Made by a program: the position numbers and the translations under genes. DNA of 64,000 nt from the human T2T-CHM13v2.0 reference genome, Homo sapiens, in assembly GCA_009914755.4 (NCBI GenBank), contig CP086569.2:11904001-11968000 (forward strand). The letters are read 5' to 3'. Positions 12,777 to 26,700 of this stretch are shown piece by piece. Position 1 is the first letter of the stretch. The number at the start of each line of letters is the position of its first letter. The notes under the pieces are model-generated. The model was given only the letters and a program-made list of their open reading frames with translations, did not search any database and was not told the DNA's origin.

Positions 12777-14154
12777 ATGGACAGGAATGTAATGGACTGT
12801 AATGGAATGGAATGGATCAAAATGGATTTGAACAGATTGGAATCGAACGGAATGAAATGCAATGAAATGGAATGGACTCGATCAGAAAGGACAGGAGAGG
12901 GATGTACACAAATGGAATGGAAACGAAAGGAATGGAATGAAATGGAATGGAATGCAATGTAATTGAAAGGAACGGAATCAAATTGAACGGAATGGAATGG
13001 AATGGAATGGATTGGAATAGAATGGATTCAAATAAAATAGAATCGATTGCAATGGTATTGAATGGAAAGGACTTGAATGGAATGGAAAGCAATGGAAGAT
13101 ATTGGAATCGAATGGCATCGAATGAAAGGGAATGGAACGGAATGGAACGGAGCGGAATGCAACGGAATGGACTCAAATGTAATGGACTCGAATGGAATCG
13201 ACTGAAATATAATAGACTCGAAAGGAATGGCCTCGAGCGGAATTTATTTGAATAGAATGGAATCAAATGGAATACAATAGTATGGAATGGAATCGAATGG
13301 AATGGAATCGAATGGAATGTAATCAAATGGAAGGGAACAGAATTCAATATAATTTAGTAGAATGGAATGCATTGGAAAGGAGCAGAGTGGAATCGAGTGG
13401 ATTGGAATCGAGTGGAATGGAATCAAAGGGAACGAAATCGAATTGAATGGACTTGAATGGAATTGAGTCGAAAGGAATTGACTCGAAAGGAATGGACTGG
13501 AACAAATAGGAATCAAATGGACAGGAATGGAATGGAATGGACTCGAATGGAATGGAGTCAAATGCAAACGCATCGAATGGAATGGATTCAAATGGAATGC
13601 AATTGAATGGAATAGAAAGGAAAAGAATGGAATTGAGAGTAATGGAAAGATATCGATTGGAATGAAATGGAATGGAAAGGAATTGATTGGAAAGGAAAGG
13701 ACTCGAAAGAAATGGGTTGGAATGGAATGGTTTCCAATGGAATGGACAGGAGTGGAATGGAATCGAATGGAATGAAAAGAATGGAACGGAATGGAACGGA
13801 AAGGAATAGAATGTTATGGAATCCGATTGGACAGAATGGAATGGAATGCAGTTTCATGAAATGGAGTCGAATAGAGTGGCATCAAAAGGAATGGAATGGA
13901 GTGGACTCAAAAGGAATGGACTCGAATGGAATGGAGTCGAACCAAATTGAATCAAATGGATTGGAGTCGAACAGAATGGAATGGAATGGAATGAAGTCGA
14001 CTGGAGTAGAGAGGAATGAAAAGGAATAGAATGGAATGTAATCAAATGGATTGCAAGTGAATGGAATCAAAAATAATAGAAAGGAATGGAGTGTAAAAGG
14101 ATGATATTTAATTATATGGAATGGAATGGAATTTAATGGAATGGAGTCGAAGGA
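12777..14154 (+). repeat. 1.378-kb subunit copy c2 (variant type beta; sister of c6).
   Basis: Shares with c6: 'cagaaaggacaggagagggatg', 'gcaatgtaattg', 'caaattgaacgg', 'gaaaggacttg', 'gaaagggaatgg'. Confidence 0.75.
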
Positions 14155-15527
14155 ATGGACAGGAATGTAATGGACTCCAATGGAATGGAATGGATCAAAA
14201 TGGACTTGAACAGATTGGAATCGAACGGAATGGAATGCAATGAAATAGAATGGACTCGATCAGAACGGACTGGAGAGGAATGTACACAAATGGAATGGAA
14301 ACGAATGGAATGGAATGAAATGGAATGGAAGGCAATGGAATTGAAAGGAACGGAATCAAATGGAATGGAATGGAATGGAATGGATTGGAATAGAATGGAT
14401 TCAAATAAAATAGAATCGATTGCAAAGGTATTGAATGGAAGGGACTTGAATGGAATGGAAAGCAATGGAAGATATTGGAATCGAATGGCATCGAATGAAA
14501 TGGAATGCAACGGAATGGAACGGACCCGAATGGAATGGAATGGACTCAAATGTAATGGACTCGAATGGAATCGACTGAAATATAATAGACTCGAAAGGAA
14601 TGGCCTCGAGCGGAATTTATTTGAAAAGAATGGAATCATATGGAATACAATAGTAGGGAATGGAATCGAATGGAATGGAATCGAATGGAATGCAATCAAA
14701 TGGAATGGAACGGAATTCAATGTAATGGAGTAGAATGGAATGCATTGGAAAGGAGCAGAGTGGAATCGAGTGGATTGGAATCGAGTGGAATGGAATCAAA
14801 GGGAACGAAATCGAATTGAATGGACTTGAATGGAATTGAGTCGAAAGGAATTGACTCGAAAGGAATGGACTGGAACAAAAAGGAATCAAATGGACAGGAA
14901 TGGAATGGAATGGACTCGAATGGAATGGAGTCAAATGCAAACGCATCGAATGGAATGGATTCAAATGGAATGCAATTGAATGGAATAGAAAGGAAGAGAA
15001 TGGAATTGAGAGTAATGGAAAGATATCGATTGGAATGAAATGGAATGGAAAGGAATTGAATGGAATGGAATGGACTCGAAAGAAATGGATTGGAATGGAA
15101 TGGTCTCCAATGGAATGGACTGGAGTGGAATGGAATCGAATGGAAAGAAAAGAATGGAACGGAATGGAGCGGAAAGGAATAGAATGTTATGGAATCCGAT
15201 TGGACAGAATGGAATGGAATGCAGTTTCATGAAATGGAGTCGAATAGAGTGGCATCAAAAGGAATGGAATGGAGTGGACTCAAAAGGAATGGACTCGAAA
15301 GGAATGGAGTTGAACCAAATTGAATCAAATGGATTGGAGTCGAACAGAATGGAATGGAATTGAATGAACTCGACTGGAGGGGAGAGGAATGAAAAGGAAT
15401 AGAATGGAATGTAATCAAATGGATTGCAAGTGAATGGAATCAAAAATAATAGAAAGGAATGGAGTGTAAAGGGATGATATTGAATTAAATGGAATGGAAT
15501 GGAATTTAATGGAATGGAGTCGAAGGA
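14155..15527 (+). repeat. 1.378-kb subunit copy c3 (variant type alpha; sister of c8).
   Basis: Shares with c8: 'caaaatggacttgaacag', 'gcaatgaaatagaatggactcg', 'ggaaggcaatggaattg'. Confidence 0.75.
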
Positions 15528-16905
15528 ATGGACAGGAATGTAATGGACTCCAATGGAATGGAATGGATCAAAATGGATTTGAACAGATTGGAATGGACCG
15601 GAATGGAATGCTATGAAATGGAATGGACTCGATCAGAACGGTCTGGAGAGGAATGTACATAAATGGAATGGAAACGAATGGAATGGAATGAAATGGAATG
15701 GAATGCAATGGAATTGAAAGGAACGGAATCAAATGGAACGGAATGGAATGGAATGGAATGGATTGGAATAGAATGGATTCAAATAAAATAGAATCGATTG
15801 CAATGGTATTGAATGGAAGGGACTTGAATGGAATGGAAAGCAATGGAAGATATTGGAATAGAATGGCATCGAATGAAATGGAATGGAACGGAATGGAACG
15901 GACCGGAATGGAATGGAATAGACTCAAATGTAATGGACTCGAATGGAATCGACTGAAATATAATAGACTCGAAAGGAATGGCCTCGAGCGGAATTTATTT
16001 GAATAGAATGGAATCAAATGGAATACAATAGTATGGAATGGAATCGAATGGAATGGAATCGAATGGAATGTAATCAAATGGAATGGAACAGAATTCAATA
16101 TAATGGAGTAGAATGGAATGCATTGGAAAGGAGCAGAGTGGAATCGAGTGGATTGGAATCGAGTGAAATGGAATCAAAGGGAACGAAATCGAATTGAATG
16201 GACTTGAATGGAATTGAGTCGAAAGGAATTGACTCGAAAGGAATGGACTGGAACAAAAAGGAATCAAATGGACAGGAATGGAATGGAATGGACTCGAATG
16301 GAATGGAGTCAAATGCAAACGCATCGAATGGAATGGATTCAAATGGAATGCAATTGAATGGAATAGAAAGGAAGAGAATGGAATTGAGAGTAATGGAAAG
16401 ATATCGATTGGAATGAAATGGAATGGAAAGGAATTGAATGGAAAGGAAAGGACTCGAAAGAAATGGGTTGGAATGGAATGGTCTCCAATGGAATGGACTG
16501 GAGTGGAATGGAATCGAATGGAATGAAAAGAATGGAACGGAATGGAACGTAAAGGAATAGAATGTTATGGAATCCGATTGGTCAGAATGGAATGGAATGC
16601 AGTTTCATGAAATGGAGTCGAATATAGTGGCATCAAAAGGAATGGAATGGAGTGGACTCAAAAGGAATGGACTCGAAAGGAATGGAGTCGAACCAAATTG
16701 AATCAAAGAGATTGGAGTCGAACAGAATGGAATGGAATGGAATGAACTCGACTGGAGTAGAGAGGAATGAAAAGGAATAGAATGGAATGTAATCAAATGG
16801 ATTGCAAGTGAATTGAATCAAAAATAATAGAAAGGAATGGAGTGTAAAAGGATGATATTTAATTAAATGGAATGGAAAGGAATTTAATGGAATGGAGTCG
16901 AAGGA
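15528..16905 (+). repeat. 1.378-kb subunit copy c4 (variant type gamma; sister of c7).
   Basis: Shares with c7: 'ttggaatggaccggaatggaatgctatgaaatggaatggactcgatcagaacggtctggagaggaatgtacataaatgg'. Confidence 0.75.
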
Positions 16906-18283
16906 ATGGACAGGAATGTAATGGACTCCAATGGAATGGAATGGATCAAAATGAATTTGAACAGATTGGAATCGAACGGAATGGAATGCAATGAAATGGA
17001 ATGGACTCGATCAGAACGGACTGGAGAGGAATGTACACAAATGGAATGGAAACGAATGTAATGGAATGAAATGGAATGGAATGCAATGGAATTGAAAGGA
17101 ACGGAATCAAATGGAATGGAATGGAATGGAATGGAATGGATTGGAATAGAATGGATTCAAATAAAATAGAATCGATTGCAATGGTATTGAATGGAAGGGA
17201 CTTGAATGGAATGGAAAGCAATGGAAGATATTGGAATCGAATGGCATCGAATGAAATGGAATGGAACGGAATAGAACGGACTGGAATGGAATGGAATGGA
17301 CTCAAATGTAATGGACTCGAATGGAATCGACTGAAATACAATAGACTCGAAAGGAATGGCCTCGAGCGGAATTTATTTGAATAGAATGGAATCAAATGGA
17401 ATACAATAGTATGGAATGGAATCGAATGGAATGGAATCGAATGGAATGTAATCAAATGGAATGGAACGGAATTCAATATAATGGAGTACAATGGAATGCA
17501 TTGGAAAGGAGCAGAGTGGAATCGAGTGGATTGCAATCGAGTGGAATGGAATCAAAGGGAATGAAATCGAATTGAATGGACTTGAATGGAATTGAGTCGA
17601 AAGGAATTGACTCGAAAGGAATGGACTGGAACAAAAAGGAATCAAATGGACAGGAATGGAATGGAATGGACTCGAATGGAATGGAGTCAAATGCAAACGC
17701 ATCGAATGGAATGGATTCAAATGGAGTGCAATTAAATGGAATAGAAAGGAAGAGAATGGAATTGAGAGTAATGGAAAGATATCGATTGGAATGAAATGGA
17801 ATGGAAAGGAATTGAATGGAAATGAATGGACTCGAAAGAAATGGATTGGAATGGAATGGTCTCCAATGGAATGGACTGGAGTGGAATGGAATCGAATGGA
17901 AAGAGTAGAATGGAACGGATTGGAACGGAAAGGAATAGAATGTTATGGAATCCGATTGGACAGAATGGAATGGAATGCAGTTTCATGAAATGGAGTCGAA
18001 TAGAGTGGCATCAAAAGGAATGGAATGGAGTGGACTCAAAAGGAATGGACTCGAATGGAATGGAGTCGAACCAAATTGAATCAAATGGATTGGAGTCGAA
18101 CAGAATGGAATGGAATGGAATGAAGTCGACTGGAGTAGAGAGGAATGAAAAGGAATAGAATGGAATGTAATCAAATGGATTGCAAGTGAATGGAATCAAA
18201 AATAATAGAAAGGAATGGAGTGTAAAGGGATGATATTGAATTAAATGGAATGGAATGGAATTTAATGGAATGGAGCCGAAGGA
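16906..18283 (+). repeat. 1.378-kb subunit copy c5.
   Basis: Marker at 16906 and 18284. Private variants (e.g. 'ggaattgaatggaaatgaatggactcg'). Confidence 0.7.
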
Positions 18284-19661
18284 ATGGACAGGAATGTAAT
18301 GGACTCTAATGGAATGCAATGGATCAAAATGGATTTGAACAGATTGGAATCGAACGGAATGGAATGCAATGAAATGGAATGGACTCGATCAGAAAGGACA
18401 GGAGAGGGATGTACACAAATGGAATGGAAACGAAAGGAATGGAATGAAATGGAATGGAATGCAATGTAATTGAAAGGAACGGAATCAAATTGAACGGAAT
18501 GGAATGGAATGGAATGGATTGGAATAGAATGGATTCAAATAAAATTGAATCGATTGCAATGGTATTGATTGGAAAGGACTTGAATGGAATGGAAAGCAAT
18601 GGAAGATATTGGAATCGAATGGCATCGAATGAAAGGGAATGGAACGGAATGGAATGGAGCGTAATGGATTGGAATGGACTCAAATGTAATGGACTCGAAT
18701 GGAATCGACTGAAATATAATAGACTCGAAAGGAATGGCCTCGAGCGGAATTTATTTGAATAGAATGGAATCAAATGGAATACAATAGTATGGAATGGAAT
18801 CAAATGGAATGGAATCGAATGGAATATAATCAAATGGAAGGGAACAGAATTCAATATAATTTAGTAGAATGGAATGCATTGGAAAGGAGCAGAGTGGAAT
18901 CGAGTGGATTGGAATCGAGTGGAATGGAATCAAAGGGAACGAAATCGAATTGAATGGACTTGAATGGAATTGAGTCGAAAGGAATTGACTCGAAAGGAAT
19001 GGACTGGAACAAAAAGGAATCAAATGGACAGGAATGGAATGGAATGGACTCGAATGGAATGGAGTCAAATGCAAACGCATCGAATGGAATGGATTCAAAT
19101 GGAATGCAATTGAATGGAATAGAAAGGAAGAGAATGGAATTGAGAGTAATGGAAAGATATCGATTGGAATGAAATGGAATGGAAAGGAATTGAATGGAAT
19201 GGAATGGACTCGACAGAAATGGATTGGAATGGAATGGTCTCCAATGGAATGGACTGGAGTGGAATGGAATCGAATGGAAAGAAAAGAATGGAATGGAATG
19301 TAGCGGAAAGGAATAGAATGTTATGGATTCCGATTGGACAGAATGGAATGGAATGCAGTTTCATGAAATGGAGTCGAATAGAGTGGCATCAAAAGGATTG
19401 GAATGGAGTGGACTCAAAAGGAATGGACTCGAAAGGAATGGAGTTGAACCAAATTGAATCAAATGGATTGGAGTTGAACAGAATGGAATGGAATTGAATG
19501 AACTCGACTGGAGTGGAGAGGAATGAAAAGGAATAGAATGGAATGTAATCAAATGGATTGCAAGTGAATGGAATCAAAAACAATAGAAAGGAATGGAGTG
19601 TAAAGGGATGATATTGAATTAAATGGAATGGAATGGAATTTAATGGAATGGAGTCGAAGGA
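18284..19661 (+). repeat. 1.378-kb subunit copy c6 (type beta; sister of c2).
   Basis: See c2. The 176-aa minus-strand ORF 18324..18854 is near-identical to 12817..13347. Confidence 0.75.
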
Positions 19662-21039
19662 ATGGACAGGAATGTAATGGACTCCAATGGAATGGAATGG
19701 ATCAAAATGGATTTGAACAGATTGGAATGGACCGGAATGGAATGCTATGAAATGGAATGGACTCGATCAGAACGGTCTGGAGAGGAATGTACATAAATGG
19801 AATGGAAACGAATGGAATGGAATGAAATGGAATGGAATGCAATGGAATTGAAAGGAACGGAATCAAATGGAACGGAATGGAATGGAATGGAATGGATTGG
19901 AATAGAATGGATTCAAATAAAATAGAATCGATTGCAATGGTATTGAATGGAAGGGACTTGAATGGAATGGAAAGCAATGGAAGATATTGGAATAGAATGG
20001 CATCGAATGAAATGGAATGGAACGGAATGGAACGGACCGGAATGGAATGGAATAGACTCAAATGTAATGGACTCGAATGGAATCGACTGAAATATAATAG
20101 ACTCGAAAGGAATGGCCTCGAGCGGAATTTATTTGAATAGAATGGAATCAAATGGAATACAATAGTATGGAATGGAATCGAATGGAATGGAATCGAATGG
20201 AATGTAATCAAATGGAATGGAACGGAATTCAATATAATGGAGTAGAATGGAATGCATTGGAAAGGAGCAGAGTGGAATCGAGTGGATTGGAATCGAGTGG
20301 AATGGAATCAAAGGGAACGAAATCGAATTGAATGGACTTGAATGGAATTGAGTCGAAAGGAATTGACTCGAAAGGAATGGACTGGAACAAAAACGAATCA
20401 AATGGACAGGAATGGAATGGAATGGACTCGAATGGAATGGAGTCAAATGCAAACGCATCGAATGGAATGGATTCAAATGGAATGCAATTGAACGGAATAG
20501 AAAGGAAGAGAATGGAATTGAGAGTAATGGAAAGATATCGATTGGAATGAAATGGAATGGAAAGGAATTGAATGGAAAGGAAAGGACTCGAAAGAAATGG
20601 GTTGGAATGGAATGGTTTCCAATGGAATGGACTGGAGTGGAGTGGAATCGAATGGAATGAAAAGAATGGAACGGAATGGAACGGAAAGGAATAGAATGTT
20701 ATGGAATCCGATAGGACAGAATGGAATGGAATGCAGTTTCATGAAATGGAGTCGAATAGAGTGGCATGAAAAGGAATGGAATGGAGTGGACTCAAAAGGA
20801 TTGGACTCGAAAGGAAAGAAGTCGAACCAAATTGAATCAAATGGATTGGAGTCGAACAGGATGGAATGGAATGGAATGAAGTCGACTGGAGTAGAGAGGA
20901 ATGAAAAGGAATAGAATGGAATGTAATCAAATGGATTGCAAGTGAATGGAATCAAAAATAATAGAAAGGAATGGAGTGTAAAAGGATGATATTTAATTAT
21001 ATGGAATGGAATGGAATTTAATGGAATGGAGTCGAAGGA
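19662..21039 (+). repeat. 1.378-kb subunit copy c7 (type gamma; sister of c4).
   Basis: See c4. The 176-aa ORF 19702..20232 is identical to 15568..16098. Confidence 0.75.
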
Positions 21040-22412
21040 ATGGACAGGAATGTAATGGACTCCAATGGAATGGAATGGATCAAAATGGACTTGAACAGAT
21101 TGGAATCGAACGGAATGGAATGCAATGAAATAGAATGGACTCGATCAGAACGGACTGGAGAGGAATGTACACAAATGGAATGGAAACGAATGGAATGGAA
21201 TGAAATGGAATGGAAGGCAATGGAATTGAAAGGAACGGAATCAAATGGAATGGAATGGAATGGAATGGATTGGAATAGAATGGATTCAAATAAAATAGAA
21301 TCGATTGCAATGTTATTGAATGGAAGGGACTTGAATGGAATGGAAAGCAATGGAAGATATTGGAATCGAATGGCATCGAATGAAATGGAATGGAACGGAA
21401 TGGAACGGACCCGAATGGAATGGAATGGACTCAAATGTAATGGACTCGAATGGAATCGACTGAAATATAATATACTCGAAAGGAATGGCCTCGAGCGGAA
21501 TTTATTTGAATAGAATTTAATCAAATGGAATACAATAGTATGGAATGGAATCGAATGGAATGGAATCGAATGGAATGGAATCAAATGGAATGGAACGGAA
21601 TTCAATATAATGGAGTAGAATGGAATGCATTGGAAAGGAGCAGAGTGGAATCGAGTGGATTGGAATCGAGTGGAATGGAATCAAAGGGAACGAAATCGAA
21701 TTGAATGGACTTGAATGGAATTGAGTCGAAAGGAATTGACTCGAAAGGAATGGACTGGAACAAAAAGGAATCAAATGGACAGGAATGGAATGGAATGGAC
21801 TCGAATGGAATGTAGTCAAATGCAAACGCATCGAATGGAATGGATTCAAATGGAATGCAATTGAATGGAATAGAAAGGAAGATAATGGAATTGCGAGTAA
21901 TGGAAAGATATCGATTGGAATGAAATGGAATGGAAAGGAATTGAATGGAAAGGAATGGACTCGAAAGAAATGGGTTGGAATGGAATGGTCTCCAATGGAA
22001 TGGACTGAAGTGGAATGGAATCGAATGGAATGAAAAGAATGGAACGGAATGGAACGGAAAGGAATAGAATGTTATGGAATCCGATTGGACAGAATGGAAT
22101 GGAATGCAGTTTCATGAAATGGAGTCAAATAGAGTGGCATCAAAAGGAATGGAATGGAGTGGACTCAAGAGGAATGGACTCGAAAGGAATGGAGGCGAAC
22201 CAAATTGAATCAAATGGATTGGAGTCGAACAGAATGGAATGGAATGGAATGAACTCGAGTGGAGTAGAGAGGAATGAAAAGGAATAGAATGGAATGTAAT
22301 CAAATGGATTGCAAGTGAATGGAATCAAAAATAATAGAAAGGAATGGAGTGTAAAGGGATGATATTGAATTAAATGGAATGGAACGGAATTTAATGGAAT
22401 GTAGTCGAAGGA
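21040..22412 (+). repeat. 1.378-kb subunit copy c8 (type alpha; sister of c3).
   Basis: See c3. The 195-aa ORF 21018..21605 is near-identical to 14133..14720. Confidence 0.75.
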
Positions 22413-23790
22413 ATGGACAGGAATGTAATGGACTCCAATGGAATGGAATAGATCAAAATGGATTTGAACAGATTGGAATCGAACGGAATGGAATGCAATG
22501 AAAAGGAATGGACTCGATCAGAACGGACTGGAGAGGAATGTACACAAATTGAATGGAAACGAATGGAATGGAATGAAATGGAATGGAATGCAATGGAATT
22601 GAAAGGAACGGAATCAAATGGAACGGAATGGAATGGAATGGAATGGATTGGAATAGAATGGATTCAAATAAAATAGAATCGATTGCAATGGTATTGAATG
22701 GAAGGGACTTGAATGGAATGGAAAGCTATGGAAGATATTGGAATCGAATGGCATCGAATGAAATGGAATGGAACGGAATGGAACGGACCGGAATGGAATG
22801 GAATGGACTCAAATGTAATGGACTCGAATGGAATCGACTGAAATATAATAGACTCGAAAGGAATGGCCTCGAGCGGAATTTATTTGAATAGAATGGAATC
22901 AAATGGAATACAATAGTATGGAATGGAATCGAATGGAATGGAATCGAATGGAATGTAATCAAATGGAATGGAACGGAATTCAATATAATGGAGTAGAATG
23001 GAATGCATTGGAAAGGAGCAGAGTGGAATCGAGTGGATTGGAATCGAGTGGAATGGAATCAAAGGGAACGAAATCGAATTGAATGGACTTGAATGGAATT
23101 GAGTCGAAAGGAATTGACTCGAAAGGAATGAACTGCAACAAAAAGGAATCAAATGGACAGGAATGGAATGGAATGGACTCGAATGGAATGGAGTCAAATG
23201 CAAACGCATCGAATGGAATGGATTCAAAGGGAATGCAATTGAATGGAATAGAAAGTAAGAGAATGGAATTGAGAGTAATGGAAAGATATCGATTGGAATG
23301 AAATTGAATGGAAAGTAATTGAATGGAAAGGAAAGGACTCGAAAGAAATGGGTTGGAATGGAATGGTCTCCAACGGAATGGACTGGAGTGGAATGGAATC
23401 GAATGGAATGAAAAGAATGGAACGGAATGGAACGGAAAAGAATAGAATGTTATGGAATCCGATTGGACAGAATGGAATGGAATGCAGTTTCATGAAATGG
23501 AGTCGAATAGAGTGGCATCAAAAGGAATGGAATGGAGTGGTCTCAAATCGAATGGACTCGAAAGGAATGGAGCCGAACCAAATTGAATCAAATGGATTGG
23601 AGTCGAACAGAATGGAATGGAATGGAATGAACTCGACTGGAGTAGAGAGGAATGAAAAGGAATAGAATGGAATGTAATCAAATGGATTGCAAGTGAATGG
23701 AATCAAAAATAATAGAAAGGAATGGAGTGTAAAGGGATGATATGGAATAAAATGGAATGGAATGGAATTTAATGGATTGGAGTCGAAGGA
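22413..23790 (+). repeat. 1.378-kb subunit copy c9. Last copy before the array returns to the 5.5-kb HOR.
   Basis: Marker at 22413 and 23791. Downstream of ~23875 the sequence follows the 5.5-kb HOR ('gcaatggaatggaatggactcgaatggagaagagacaaatgg') instead of the 1.378-kb unit ('gcaatgaaatggaatggactcgatcagaacggactggagagg'). Confidence 0.7.
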
Positions 23791-26700
23791 ATGGACAGGA
23801 ATGTAATGGACTCCAATGGAATGGAATGGATCAAAATGGATTTGAACAGATTGGAATCGAACGGAATGGAATGCAATGGAATGGAATGGACTCGAATGGA
23901 GAAGAGACAAATGGAATGGAAACGAATTCAATGGAATTGAAAAGAATAGAATGGAATGGTGTGTAATGGTAAGATACTAAATGGAATGGAATTGAATGGA
24001 ATGTAGTGGAATGGACCCAAATGTAGTGCACTCGAAAGGAATATACTCAAATAGAATGGAATCGAAAGGAAAGGTCTCAAATGGAATTTATTCAATACAA
24101 TGGAATCGAATGGAATGCAATAGAATGGAAAGGAATCGAATGTAATGGAATCAAATAGAATGGACCAGAATGGAATGGACTGCCATAGAACGGACTGCAG
24201 TGTAATGGATTGAATTCTAATTCATTCAAATGGAATGGAATTGAATGGAATGGAATCCAATGGAATGGATAGGATTGTACTGGAATGGAATAGCATGGAA
24301 TGCAACGGAGTGGAATGGAGTTGAATGAATTGGAATGGAATCGATTGGAATGGAATCAAATGGAATGGACGGGAATGGAATGGACTGGAATAGAACAGAC
24401 TCGAATATAATGGATTGCAATGTAATTGATTCAAATGGAATGGAATCGAATGGAATGTAATAAAATTGAAGGGATTGGAGTTCAATGCAATGGAATAGAA
24501 TGGAATGCAAAGGAAAGGAAAGGCACGGAGTGAAATCGAGTGTAATGGAATCGAATGGAATGAAATCGAATGGAATGGACACAAAAGAAATGGACGTGGG
24601 ACAAAACGGAATCGAACTGATTGGAATCGAATGGAACGGAATGGAATGGAATGGTCTCCATTGGATGGGAGTAGAACGGATTGGAATGAAATGGAATGGA
24701 AAGGAATAGAATGGAATGGAAAGGAATGGAAGGTAACGGAAAGATATCGAACGGATTGGAAAGGAATGGAATGGACGCTAATGGAATGGAATGGAATTCA
24801 ACAGAAACGAATGGAATGGACTGGAGTGAAATGGAGTCGAATGTAATTGACTGGAGAAGAATGAACTCGAAAGGAATGGACTCGAATAGAATGTACTGGA
24901 ATGGATTGTACTCGAATGGAGTGGAAAGGAATAAAATGGATTCCACCAGATTGGAATGAAATAGAATGTAATGGAATGGAATGGAATGCAATGGAATGGC
25001 TCGAATGGAATGGAGTCGAATGCAATGGAAGAGAAAGGAAAGGAATTGAATGGAATTGAAAGTAAGAGAAGTAAAAGGAGTGCAAAGGAAAGAAATGGAA
25101 TGGAATGGATCGAAAAGAAATAGAATGGAATGGACAGGAATGGAATGGAATAGAATGGAATAGACTGGCGTGCAATGAAAACGAATGGAATGGAAACGAA
25201 TGGAATGGAATGGAAAGGAATGGAGTAGAATAAATACTATGGAATGGAATGGAATGGAATGGAATGGAATGGAATGGAGGCGAAAGGAAAAGAATGGATT
25301 GGAATGTCACCGAATGGAAAGATATGGAATGGAAAGGAATGGATAGGAATGGAATGGAATAGAAAGGAACGGAAAGGTAAAGAATGGAATGGAAGCCGAC
25401 AGAATGGAATGCAATGTAATGGAGTCGAATGGAAAATAATCGAGTAGAATGATATCTAATGGAATGGAATTTAATGGAATGGAATGGAATGGAATGGACT
25501 CGAATGGCATGTACTCAAATGGATTAGAATAGAATGGAATGGAACTAAACGTAATGAACTCGAATGGAATGGACACAAATAGAATGGAAGAGAAAGAAAT
25601 GGTATTGAATGGAATTTATTCGAATAGAATGGAATTCAATGGAATGCAACAGTGTGGCATGGAATCAAATGGAATGGAATCGAATGGAATGGACCCGAAT
25701 GGAATGGACTCACATAGAACAGTCTCGAATGTAATGGATTACAATGTATTAGATTCGAAAGGACTGAAATCGAATGGAATGTAATCAAATAGAACGGAAT
25801 TGAATGCATGGAATGGCATAGAAAGTAATGCAATGGAATGGAATAGACTGGAATGGAATGGAATCGGATTGAATGTAATGAAATGTAATGGAAGGAATGC
25901 CATGGAATGGAATGGAATGGAATACAATGGGACGGTGTATAATGGAGTGCAATGGATTTCAGAGGAATGTAGCCAAAGGAATGAAATAGAATGGAATTCA
26001 ATATAATGGAATGGCATCCAATGGCAAGGAATGGAGTGGACTCCAATGGAAACGACATGAAAGGAATATAATATAATGGAATGGCATTGAAAGAAATGGA
26101 ATGCAATGGAGTTAAAAGGTAAAATATCGAATGGAAAAGAATTGAATGGACTCGAATGGAATATAATGGAATGGAATGGACTCGAATGGAATGTACTAGT
26201 GTTGAATGGAATCGAATGGAATGGAAAACAATGGAAAGGAAAGGAAGGGAATTGAAAGGAAAGGAATAGAATGGAATGGAATCGGATGGAACAGAATTGA
26301 ATGGAATGGAAACTAAAGGAATAGAATAGAAAGGAATGGCATTGAATGGAATAGAAATGAATGGAATCAGATGGAACAGAAAGGAATGGAATAGAATCGA
26401 ATGGAATGGCATCGAATGGATTGGAATGGAATGGAATGGAATGGAATGGAAAAGAATGGAATGGAGTCAAATGGAATGTACTCAAATGGAATAGAATAGA
26501 ATGGAATGGAAGTAAATATAATGGACTCGAGTGGAATGGATTGGAATAAATTGGAATTGAATGTATTGGATTTGAATGGAAAGGAATGGAATGGAATGGA
26601 ATGGAATGGAATGGATTCGAATGGAATGGAACGAATTGGAATGTAATTGAATGGAGTCGAAAACAGTAGAAAGAAAAGAAGTTTAATCGAATGATATCGA

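Larger units (their letters stand above)
11424..23790 (+). repeat. Tandem array of 9 copies of a ~1.378-kb HOR subunit (copy lengths 1353, 1378, 1373, 1378, 1378, 1378, 1378, 1373, 1378 bp). Homologous to the terminal ~1.38 kb of the 5.5-kb HOR.
   Basis: Marker ATGGACAGGAATGTAATGGAC at 11424, 12777, 14155, 15528, 16906, 18284, 19662, 21040, 22413, 23791. The ORF-track translation families recur with the same period (e.g. the 115-aa 'MNPFHSMRLHLTPFHSSPFHS...' minus-strand ORF appears in eight of the nine copies, shortened to 110 aa in the 21040 copy). Confidence 0.85.

Noticed and set aside
11424-23790. Possible CRISPR array or other prokaryotic repeat-spacer structure (regular repeats).
   Set aside because: Periods are 5 bp, 1.378 kb and 5.5 kb with no short direct repeats separated by unique spacers. 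The entire window is repeat. The sequence family is a primate satellite, not prokaryotic.
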